DNA from: an uncultured Elusimicrobia bacterium
GTDB lineage: Bacteria > Elusimicrobiota > Endomicrobiia > DTEH01
DNA length: 64,000 nt
Assembly (NCBI GenBank): GCA_964561135.1
Contig: CAZLOB010000070.1
Coordinates: 3,248-67,247 of the forward strand
Reading direction: 5' to 3'
Below, piece by piece: positions 56,412 through 64,000 of this stretch. Each line of letters begins with the position of its first letter. Position 1 is the stretch's first letter. The translations under genes and the position numbers were made by a program. Below the pieces are notes generated by a model. The model was not told the DNA's origin. It made no database searches and was given only the letters and a program-made list of their open reading frames with translations.

Positions 56412-58349
56412 GTGTTCAAAAAAACAAATATGAAGTTATTATTTATCTCATCAACTTTTCCTTATCCACCAAACGAAGGTATTAAACTTCCAACATTTTA
56501 TCTTATAAAAGAATTTTCTAAACGATATCAGTTGCATCTTTTGAGTTTTTGTTCCCCTCCAGAAAAAAAATTTCTTAACAAAATTAAAGAATATTGTGCT
56601 GAAGTGTTTTTGATAGAATTTGTCCCTTCAAAGAGTTTTATAAAAAGAGTTTTTTATACTTTTTTTTCAAAACAGCCGTACAATGTGAAACAATTTTTTT
56701 CTATTAATATGAAAAACAAAATATTAGAGCTTGTTGAAAAAGAAAAATTTGATATTTTATTTTTTGATTTTTTCCCAATGGGTTATTATAGCAAATTTGT
56801 TGTTTCACCTATACCTAAGGTTTTTCATTATCATGATTCTATGAGTATGAATTTTTATAGAAATTTTTTAGTTGAAAAAAATTTTTTAAGGCGAGTTTAT
56901 TGGGGCAAACAATCTAAGAAAGTTTTAAATTTTGAGATGAGATTGCCTTTATGGTTTGACAAAATAACTGTTGTTGCAAAAAAAGATAAAGATTGGCTTA
57001 TTAAAAATGCAAAGATAGATGAAGATAAAATTGAAGTTGTACCCAATGGTGTTGATTTAAAACATTTCAAGTTTTATACTGAAGAAGAAAAATTTGAGAT
57101 TAAAAAGAAACTTAATATTAAAGGACCATCAATTATTTTTAGAGGGATAATGAGTTTTAAACCTAATATTGATGGATGTTTATGGTTTTTAAAAAATGTT
57201 TTCCCTTTGTTAAAAACAGAAATAAAAAATTTAAAATTTTTTATTGTGGGTCCTAATCCACCAAAAGAAGTTTTAAAATATAAAAATAATAATGATGTTA
57301 TAATTACAGGATATGTAGAAGATATAAGAGAATATATAGTTGGATGTGATGTCAATATTTCTTCATTAGTTTCTGGTTCAGGGATAAAAAACAAGATTTT
57401 AGAAGCGTCAGCGTTAGGTATACCAACTGTTGCAACATCAATTGCAGCTGAGGGTATTCCTGAACTCAAAGATAATGAAAATATTTTAATTGCTGATGAT
57501 CCACAAGAGTTTGCTAAAAAAGTTATAAGTTTGTTAAATAATAAAGAACTATACAAAACAATTTCAAATAATGCAAGAAAACTTGTCGAAGAAAATTATA
57601 CTTGGGAAAAACAAGCAAAAAAGTTTTTTGAGATTTTTGATAAATTAATAGAAGAGTATAAAACAAAAAAAGTTTCTATTATAGTTCCTGCATATAATGA
57701 AGAAAAAACAATTGGTAATGTGTTAGAAAAATTAAATTCGCTTGACTTTGGTTTAGAAAAAGAAATAATAGTTGTAGATGATGGTTCAACAGACACTACA
57801 CGGTTTGTTGTTGAAAAATTTAAAAATGATAGTTTAAAAATTATTTCTCATAGAATGAATCAAGGTAAAGGTGCAGCAATAAAAACTGGTATACAAAATT
57901 CAACAGGTGATATAATAGCAATTCAAGATGCGGACTTGGAGTATGATCCACATGAGTTAAAAACTCTTATGCAACCAATAATTGATAAAAAAACTTTTGT
58001 TGTTTACGGTTCACGGTTTTTAAAAAAGAATCCTTGTATTTACAAAAGTTATTACTTAGGTAATAAATTTTTAAGTTTTTTGGTTTCGTTTTTGTTTGGT
58101 CAAAAAATTACTGATTCATATACATGTTATAAATTGTTTCATAAAAAAGTTTTTGAAAGAATAGATATAGAAAGCCAAAGGTTTGAGTTTGAAGCAGAAA
58201 TTACTTGTAAAATTTTAAAAAACGGATTTAAAATTTTAGAGTTGCCAATTTCATATAATCCGCGTTCAATACAACAAGGTAAAAAAATTAAGTTTAAAGA
58301 TGCTATAATTGGAGTGTTAACAATATTAAAAATTAAATTTTGGAGTTAA
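56412..58349 (+). CDS. bifunctional glycosyltransferase: N-terminal GT4-like (GT-B) fused to C-terminal GT2 (GT-A)
   Basis: N-terminal half: SGSGIKNKILEASALGIPTVATSIAAEGI. C-terminal half: VSIIVPAYNEEKTIG, VVDDGSTD, QDADLEYDP. Start may be ATG 56430. Confidence 0.85.
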   Translation: MFKKTNMKLLFISSTFPYPPNEGIKLPTFYLIKEFSKRYQLHLLSFCSPPEKKFLNKIKEYCAEVFLIEFVPSKSFIKRVFYTFFSKQPYNVKQFFSINMKNKILELVEKEKFDILFFDFFPMGYYSKFVVSPIPKVFHYHDSMSMNFYRNFLVEKNFLRRVYWGKQSKKVLNFEMRLPLWFDKITVVAKKDKDWLIKNAKIDEDKIEVVPNGVDLKHFKFYTEEEKFEIKKKLNIKGPSIIFRGIMSFKPNIDGCLWFLKNVFPLLKTEIKNLKFFIVGPNPPKEVLKYKNNNDVIITGYVEDIREYIVGCDVNISSLVSGSGIKNKILEASALGIPTVATSIAAEGIPELKDNENILIADDPQEFAKKVISLLNNKELYKTISNNARKLVEENYTWEKQAKKFFEIFDKLIEEYKTKKVSIIVPAYNEEKTIGNVLEKLNSLDFGLEKEIIVVDDGSTDTTRFVVEKFKNDSLKIISHRMNQGKGAAIKTGIQNSTGDIIAIQDADLEYDPHELKTLMQPIIDKKTFVVYGSRFLKKNPCIYKSYYLGNKFLSFLVSFLFGQKITDSYTCYKLFHKKVFERIDIESQRFEFEAEITCKILKNGFKILELPISYNPRSIQQGKKIKFKDAIIGVLTILKIKFWS

Positions 58350-58351
58350 AT

Positions 58352-60298
58352 ATGTGTGGGATAGTTGGTGTTTATAACTTTGGTAGTAAAAAAGAAGTAA
58401 GTAAAGACATACTTAAAAAAATGTGTGATGTTATTATTCATCGTGGCCCTGATGAAGAAGGATATTATGTTGCTTCAAAGTTTAAAGTTCAAAGTTTAAA
58501 GTTAGAAAATGAAACTGTTGGTGATATTGGGTTAGGCATAAGAAGATTGGCAATTATTGATTTACAGACAGGTAGCCAGCCTATACATAATGAAGATAAT
58601 ACATTATGGATAGTTTGCAACGGTGAGATTTATAATTTTTTAGAGTTAAAAGAAGACTTACTTAAAAAAGGACATAAATTTTATACAAAAACAGATGTTG
58701 AAACAGTTGTTCATCTTTATGAAGATTTTGATATTGATTGTTTGAAACATCTTCGTGGAATGTATGCCTTTGCTTTATGGGATCAGAAAAAACAAAGATT
58801 ATTTTTAACAAGAGACAGAGTTGGTAAAAAACCACTTTATTATACAATACATAACGGAAGTTTAATTTTTGCATCAGAAATAAAAGCCATCCTTCAATAT
58901 CTAAATTTTACGCCAGAGATAAATTTTGAAGCGATAAATTATTTTTTAACTTATCAGTATATCCCTCAACCAATAACAATATTTAAAGGTATTTTTAAAT
59001 TGCCACCGGCATCGTATATGCTATGTGATAAAAATGGTAATATAAAAATAGAAAGATATTGGAAGTTAGATTTTAGAAAAAAACAAAATATCACTTTTAA
59101 TGAAGCAAAACAAAAAATAAAAGAAATTTTAACTGAAGCAACAAAGTTGCGTCTTATAAGTGATGTTCCGATAGGTGCGTTTTTGTCAGGCGGGCACGAT
59201 TCAAGTATTATTGTTGGACTTATGACCCAAAATTCTACACAAAAAGTAAAAACTTTTTCTGTTGGATTTAAAGAACAAGATTTTTCAGAATTAAAATATG
59301 CAAAAATTGTCGCTAAACATTTTGGTACAGAACATACTGAAATTATAGTTGAGCCAAAAATGGCCGAAGTTTTACCAAAACTTGTTTGGTTTTATGACCA
59401 ACCTTTTGCTGATACATCTATGGTACCATCATACTATGTGGCTAATGTTACAAGAAATTATGTTAAAGTAGCTTTAAATGGTGATGGTGGAGACGAAAAT
59501 TTTTGTGGATATTTAAGATATCCTGCAATAAAACTTGCTTCGTTGTTTCCGTTTGAACTTTTAGGGAACAATTTTTATACTGAAGTTGGTAAAGTTATAC
59601 CTTTAATTGAAACAACATCTGCGAAAAATAAACTTAAATATTTTAAACGATTTTTCACTGCTTTAGGTAATCCAACACCGGTAAGACAAGTTCTTTGGCA
59701 TTGTTTTTTTACTAATGAACAAAAAGATTTTATTTATTCTGATTTTATGAAGTCAGTTGTAAATCAAAATGTATACCATTATTTGATAGATACTTATCAT
59801 ACAGCAAAAGCTTATGATATAATTGATAAAATATCTTACACAGATATAAATACTTACTTGCCAGAATGTTTGCTTGTCAAGATGGATATTGCATCAATGG
59901 CAAACTCGCTTGAAGTACGTTCACCGTTTTTAGATCATAAGCTTTTAGAATTTACAGCAACAATTCCTTCAAGTTGGAAGTTAGGATATGGATTTATAAC
60001 AAAGTATATTTTGAAAGAAACTTTTAAAGATTTTTTACCTAAAGATATAATAAAAAGACATAAACAAGGTTTCGGTTTACCAATTGGGAAATGGTTGAGA
60101 TATGAACTTAAAGATTTTGTTAAAGAAATACTTTGTTCTGAAAAGTTTATCTTTCGTGGTTTGTTTAATTATAAAAACATAAAAGTTTTGCTTGAAAAAC
60201 ATTTTTCTGGTAAAGAAGATCATGGATACAGAATTTTTGCTTTGGTAAATTTAGAATTGTGGTTTAGGATTTTTGTAGATAAAGAAAATGTTTTATAA
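58352..60298 (+). CDS. asnB: asparagine synthase (glutamine-hydrolysing) family amidotransferase
   Basis: MCGIVG N-terminal nucleophile requires ATG 58352. HRGPDEEG, SGGHDSS. In-frame heptad-repeat insert at 58476-58506. Confidence 0.88.
   Translation: MCGIVGVYNFGSKKEVSKDILKKMCDVIIHRGPDEEGYYVASKFKVQSLKLENETVGDIGLGIRRLAIIDLQTGSQPIHNEDNTLWIVCNGEIYNFLELKEDLLKKGHKFYTKTDVETVVHLYEDFDIDCLKHLRGMYAFALWDQKKQRLFLTRDRVGKKPLYYTIHNGSLIFASEIKAILQYLNFTPEINFEAINYFLTYQYIPQPITIFKGIFKLPPASYMLCDKNGNIKIERYWKLDFRKKQNITFNEAKQKIKEILTEATKLRLISDVPIGAFLSGGHDSSIIVGLMTQNSTQKVKTFSVGFKEQDFSELKYAKIVAKHFGTEHTEIIVEPKMAEVLPKLVWFYDQPFADTSMVPSYYVANVTRNYVKVALNGDGGDENFCGYLRYPAIKLASLFPFELLGNNFYTEVGKVIPLIETTSAKNKLKYFKRFFTALGNPTPVRQVLWHCFFTNEQKDFIYSDFMKSVVNQNVYHYLIDTYHTAKAYDIIDKISYTDINTYLPECLLVKMDIASMANSLEVRSPFLDHKLLEFTATIPSSWKLGYGFITKYILKETFKDFLPKDIIKRHKQGFGLPIGKWLRYELKDFVKEILCSEKFIFRGLFNYKNIKVLLEKHFSGKEDHGYRIFALVNLELWFRIFVDKENVL
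58476..58506 (+). repeat. AAGTTNA heptad repeat inside the asnB coding sequence
   Basis: caaagtttaaagttcaaagtttaaagttaga, encoding SKFKVQSLKLE. Confidence 0.75.
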
Positions 60299-61305
60299 TG
60301 AAAGGAATACTAATAGATAGATTTGGCCGCAACATAAATTATTTACGTGTATCAATTACTGATAGATGCAACCTAAGATGTATTTATTGTAATCCTGAAG
60401 CAAATATTATATATAAAAATCAACAGCAGATACTTACATATGAAGAAATTTTAAAAATTGTTAAAGTATGTGTTGATTTAGGTATAACCAAAATACGACT
60501 TACCGGCGGCGAACCTTTGGTAAGAAAAGATGTAGTTTATTTTGTTAGTTTATTATCGAAAATAAAAGGTATTGAAGATCTTTCTTTGACCACGAACGGA
60601 GTTTTTTTGGAAGCATATGCTAAAGACTTAAAAAAAGCAGGGTTGAAAAGAATAAATATTAGTCTGGATACACTTGATAGAGAAAAATACAAATTTATAA
60701 CAAAATTTGACGGATTACACAAAGTTTTAAATGGTATAAATAAATCTTTAGAAATTGGTTTTTATCCTATAAAAATTAATGTAGTTGTGATGAAGAATAT
60801 AAACGAAGATGAAATTATAGAGTTTGCAAAATTGACATTAAAAGAACCACTACATATAAGATTTATAGAATATATGCCGATAGGATGTACTAAAGATGAA
60901 TGGAAAGAAAAGTTTGTTCCGTATAACAAAATAAAAAATTACTGCCAAAGTTTAGGTGTCTTGAAAGAGATAAAAATTTTTGATAATAATACTGCTATAA
61001 CAAGTTACCAATTTGAAAATGCTAAAGGGACGATATCTTTTATTAGTCCTGTAAGTAAACCTTTTTGTGAAAGATGTAGTAGACTACGACTAACTTCTGA
61101 CGGTAATTTAAGATCATGTTTGTTTTCCTCACAAAAGGTTGATCTTAAAAAAATTCTTCGGAATAATAATGTAAACAATCAAGTTGTTTATAATGCATTA
61201 AAACAGAGTATAATCCATGCTGTAAAAATTAAACCTAAAGAATCTCAGATTCTTTGTAACAATTATATTTATAAAGAATTAACAATGTGTCAAATTGGTG
61301 GTTAA
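60298..61305 (+). CDS. moaA: GTP 3',8-cyclase (molybdenum cofactor biosynthesis protein A)
   Basis: YLRVSITDRCNLRCIYC radical-SAM motif, RLTGGEPL, C-terminal CxxC..RLTSDG. Confidence 0.9.
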   Translation: MKGILIDRFGRNINYLRVSITDRCNLRCIYCNPEANIIYKNQQQILTYEEILKIVKVCVDLGITKIRLTGGEPLVRKDVVYFVSLLSKIKGIEDLSLTTNGVFLEAYAKDLKKAGLKRINISLDTLDREKYKFITKFDGLHKVLNGINKSLEIGFYPIKINVVVMKNINEDEIIEFAKLTLKEPLHIRFIEYMPIGCTKDEWKEKFVPYNKIKNYCQSLGVLKEIKIFDNNTAITSYQFENAKGTISFISPVSKPFCERCSRLRLTSDGNLRSCLFSSQKVDLKKILRNNNVNNQVVYNALKQSIIHAVKIKPKESQILCNNYIYKELTMCQIGG

Positions 61306-61348
61306 AGTGTATAAAGTTAACAAGATTGCTTTAAAAGGGGGACAAAAA

Positions 61349-62254
61349 ATGAACTTTTTGTTAAATTTTGTTCATCATTTGAAACATTATGTATTAGATA
61401 TTAGTGTTGTATTACTTATAGGATTTTTATTAAGTGGTATATTTTATGAATTTGTACCACAAAGTATAGTTAAAAAATATCTTGTTAAAAAAAATTTTTT
61501 TACATTGTTAACTATAATTCTTATAGGTATGATTTTGCCGATATGTTGTATAGGTAGTTTACCAATGGCGATCGGGTTCAGACAAAAAGGTGTAAAACTT
61601 GGAAATGTCTTAGCATTTTTAGTTGCAACACCTGCTACTTCTGTAACATCGGTTTTGTTAACATTAAAATTTTTTGGACCATCGTTTACAATATATCTTT
61701 GTATAAGTGTTTTAATTTTAGGGTTTGTTATAGGTATTTTAGGTAATATTCTTGATAAAAAATTATCTTTTGATAAGACAGAAAATGTTTTTCATGCAAT
61801 AGATTTTTTTTCACAGTTTTTACCTAAAAAAACTTTTTTAGAAAAAATAAAATCAGCATTAAATTATGCGTTTGTTTATTTACCAAAAGAAATTGGTTTA
61901 GAAATTTTAATAGGGTTGCTACTTGCAAGTTTTATCAGTAGTTTAAACATAGTAAAAATTTTTGTTGAGAATTTTTTAGTTGGTATCTATGGATATTTAT
62001 TTTCAGTAATTTTTGGTGTTTTAATGTATATATGTTCAACAGCATCAGTGCCATTGGTTTACGCATTGCATCACCAAGGATTATCAATAGGGCCATCTTT
62101 AGTTTTGTTAATTTTAGGACCGCTTACAAGTTATGCAACATTGCTTGTTGTAAGAAAAGAGTTTGGATATAAAATTTTAATTTTTTATTTGACAACAATT
62201 ATCATTTTTTCTTTAATAAGCGGGTATATATTTGATGTGTTAAAAAATTTATAA
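61349..62254 (+). CDS. DUF318/ArsP-type permease
   Basis: LPICCIGSLPMAIG and MYICSTASVPLV motifs, about 8 TM segments. SD aaggggga before ATG 61349. Confidence 0.7.
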   Translation: MNFLLNFVHHLKHYVLDISVVLLIGFLLSGIFYEFVPQSIVKKYLVKKNFFTLLTIILIGMILPICCIGSLPMAIGFRQKGVKLGNVLAFLVATPATSVTSVLLTLKFFGPSFTIYLCISVLILGFVIGILGNILDKKLSFDKTENVFHAIDFFSQFLPKKTFLEKIKSALNYAFVYLPKEIGLEILIGLLLASFISSLNIVKIFVENFLVGIYGYLFSVIFGVLMYICSTASVPLVYALHHQGLSIGPSLVLLILGPLTSYATLLVVRKEFGYKILIFYLTTIIIFSLISGYIFDVLKNL

Positions 62255-62258
62255 ATAT

Positions 62259-62380
62259 GCAAACCTAAAGGTTTGCCCTACATTTTTTGTTGTTATATAT
62301 AGGGTTATACATTGATTTGTTTTTATATGTAGGTTATATTATTTTGTTATTATATATGTAGGGCAAGGCTTTAGCCTTGC
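62259..62380. repeat. TGTAGGGCA-family hairpin elements (outward-facing pair plus degenerate half sites)
   Basis: gcaaacc-taaa-ggtttgccctaca (62259-62282), tgtagggcaaggc-ttta-gccttgc (62357-62380). Degenerate tatagggttata and tatgtaggttata lie between them. Confidence 0.8.
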
Positions 62381-62401
62381 GACAAAAAACACATTAATAC
62401 T

Positions 62402-63316
62402 ATGAACGAAACGGTAGAAAAAATAAATCAGCTTAAGAAACAAAAGAACGCTGTTATTCTTGCTCATAACTACCAACTTCCAGAAGTACAGGATATTGCT
62501 GACTATTTAGGCGATTCTTTAGATTTGTCAATGAGGGCAAAAAATACTGATGCTGATATAATAGTTTTTTGTGGTGTACATTTTATGGCTGAAACTGCAT
62601 ATATATTGTCAAAAAAAACTGTGCTTTTACCTGATATAACTTCAGGATGCCCCTTAGCTGATATGATAACAAAAAATGATGTTTTAGAACTTAAGAAAAA
62701 ATATCCAGGTGTCCCTATTGTCGGATATATTAATACATCAGCAGAAGTTAAGTCAGAGATAGATTATTGTTGTACATCAGCAAACGCAGTTGAGATTGTA
62801 TCAAAAATACCTTCAGATAAAGTTATATTTGTTCCTGACAAATACTTAGGAAGTTTTGTGAAAAGAAAAGTTAAAGATAAAGAAATAATTTTGTGGGATG
62901 GATATTGCCCTACACATTTAAAAATTTTAGATGAGGATATAAAAAAATTAAAGAAAAAATATCCTTTAGCAAAAGTTGTTGTTCATCCTGAATGTAATTT
63001 AGCAGTACAAGAACTTGCAGACGAAGTATGTGGTACTTCTGGGATGATAAAGTATGTTAAAAATAACCCACAAGTTAAAACATTTATAATTGGTACAGAA
63101 GTTGGTATGTGTTATAGGTTAAAAAAATTGTTTCCAGAACAAGAATTTATTCCGGCGTCAGAACTCGCAGTGTGCCCTAATATGAAAAAAAATACTTTGG
63201 AAAAGATTTTGTTTAGTTTAGAAGAAGAACAACCACAAGTTGTTGTAGATGAAGAAATATTAAAAAAAGCTTATAACTGTATAGAAAGAATGTATACTTT
63301 GATGGGAATTCAGTAA
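62402..63316 (+). CDS. nadA: quinolinate synthase
   Basis: ILAHNYQLPEVQDIADYLGDSLDLS, CGVHFMAET, VVVHPEC. Confidence 0.9.
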   Translation: MNETVEKINQLKKQKNAVILAHNYQLPEVQDIADYLGDSLDLSMRAKNTDADIIVFCGVHFMAETAYILSKKTVLLPDITSGCPLADMITKNDVLELKKKYPGVPIVGYINTSAEVKSEIDYCCTSANAVEIVSKIPSDKVIFVPDKYLGSFVKRKVKDKEIILWDGYCPTHLKILDEDIKKLKKKYPLAKVVVHPECNLAVQELADEVCGTSGMIKYVKNNPQVKTFIIGTEVGMCYRLKKLFPEQEFIPASELAVCPNMKKNTLEKILFSLEEEQPQVVVDEEILKKAYNCIERMYTLMGIQ

Positions 63317-63323
63317 AAATAAA

Positions 63324-64000
63324 ATGAAAGTATATTTAGATAACCATTCAGCAACAAAACTTGATGAACGTGTGTTTGAAGCAATGTTACCATACTTAAA
63401 AGACTATTATGGTAATCCACAAAGTATGCATGATTTGGGTTCACAGACAAAACAAGCAATCGATCTTGCAAGAGAACAAGTTGCAAGTTTAATAAATGTA
63501 AATGCAAACGAGATTTATTTTACTTCTTGTGGTTCTGAATCAAATAATCTTGCGATAAAGGGAGTAGCTTTAGCATACAAGGATAAAAAAAAGCATATAA
63601 TAGTGTCACAAATTGAACATTTTTCTGTTTTAAATTCAGCGAGACGGTTGCAAAATTTAGGTTTTGAAGTTTCATATCTTCCTGTTGACAAAGAGGGCTT
63701 TATTTTATTAGACGAACTTGAGAAATCAATTAAAGAGGATACTATTTTGGTTTCAATTCAACATTCAAATCCTGAAATTGGAACAATACAAGATATAAAA
63801 AAAGTTGTTGAAATATGCCATAAAAGGGGTGTTTTAGTACATACAGATGCAGTAAGCAGTTGTGGTGTTGTACCAATTGATGTGAAAGAACTTGGTGTGG
63901 ATTTACTTTCTTTATCAGCAAACCAGTTTCACGGACCTAAAGGTATAGCTGCGTTGTATATAAAAAAAGGTGTAAAAGTAGTTCCTTTAATCGATGGTGG
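63324..64000 (+). CDS. cysteine desulfurase (NifS/IscS, class V aminotransferase), 3' end beyond the window
   Basis: Own translation from ATG 63324: MKVYLDNHSATKLDERVFEAMLPYLKDYYGNPQSMHDLG..EIYFTSCGSESNNLAIKG..VHTDAVSS..LSANQFHGPKG. Open to the window edge, so absent from the ORF track. Confidence 0.85.
   Translation, partial: MKVYLDNHSATKLDERVFEAMLPYLKDYYGNPQSMHDLGSQTKQAIDLAREQVASLINVNANEIYFTSCGSESNNLAIKGVALAYKDKKKHIIVSQIEHFSVLNSARRLQNLGFEVSYLPVDKEGFILLDELEKSIKEDTILVSIQHSNPEIGTIQDIKKVVEICHKRGVLVHTDAVSSCGVVPIDVKELGVDLLSLSANQFHGPKGIAALYIKKGVKVVPLIDG

Overview
AT-rich bacterial chromosomal segment using the standard genetic code (TGA, TAA and TAG all end clear genes). Gene density is high and strand bias is extreme: I support only one CDS and one tRNA on the minus strand. 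Most of the window is housekeeping: pcrA/uvrD, gatC, rpmB, ilvE, dnaE, comEC, argB, ogt, tRNA-Arg, tRNA-Leu, yggS, proC, xseB-ispA-dxs, purS-purL-purQ, tlyA, recA, asnB-like, moaA, nadA and a partial cysteine desulfurase. A glycan-biosynthesis island lies at about 48.2-60.3 kb. The unusual part is 1.1-18.2 kb. It starts with a near-consensus sigma70-type promoter and a textbook guanine-type purine riboswitch aptamer (1181-1256), followed by a compound hairpin/U-tract leader. Downstream is a ~2100-aa surface protein built from FN3-like and lamin-tail-domain (LTD) modules. After that, secreted proteins sharing one C-terminal beta-sandwich tail (the giant protein, a two-HKD PLD-family enzyme, a small LTD protein) alternate with predicted outer-membrane beta-barrels. 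Two of the barrels are fused to ComEA-type helix-hairpin-helix DNA-binding modules. A type IV pilin, a prepilin peptidase and an O-antigen-ligase/TPR protein follow. I read this as a candidate riboswitch-controlled extracellular DNA/nucleotide capture apparatus; that is inference only. The window also contains two dispersed repeat families: a 7-8 nt AAGTTNA-type microsatellite that also occurs in frame inside coding genes, and TGTAGGGCA-hairpin inverted-repeat elements. There are at least four decayed paralog genes. All domain calls come from motifs read by eye in the supplied translations; no searches were run.
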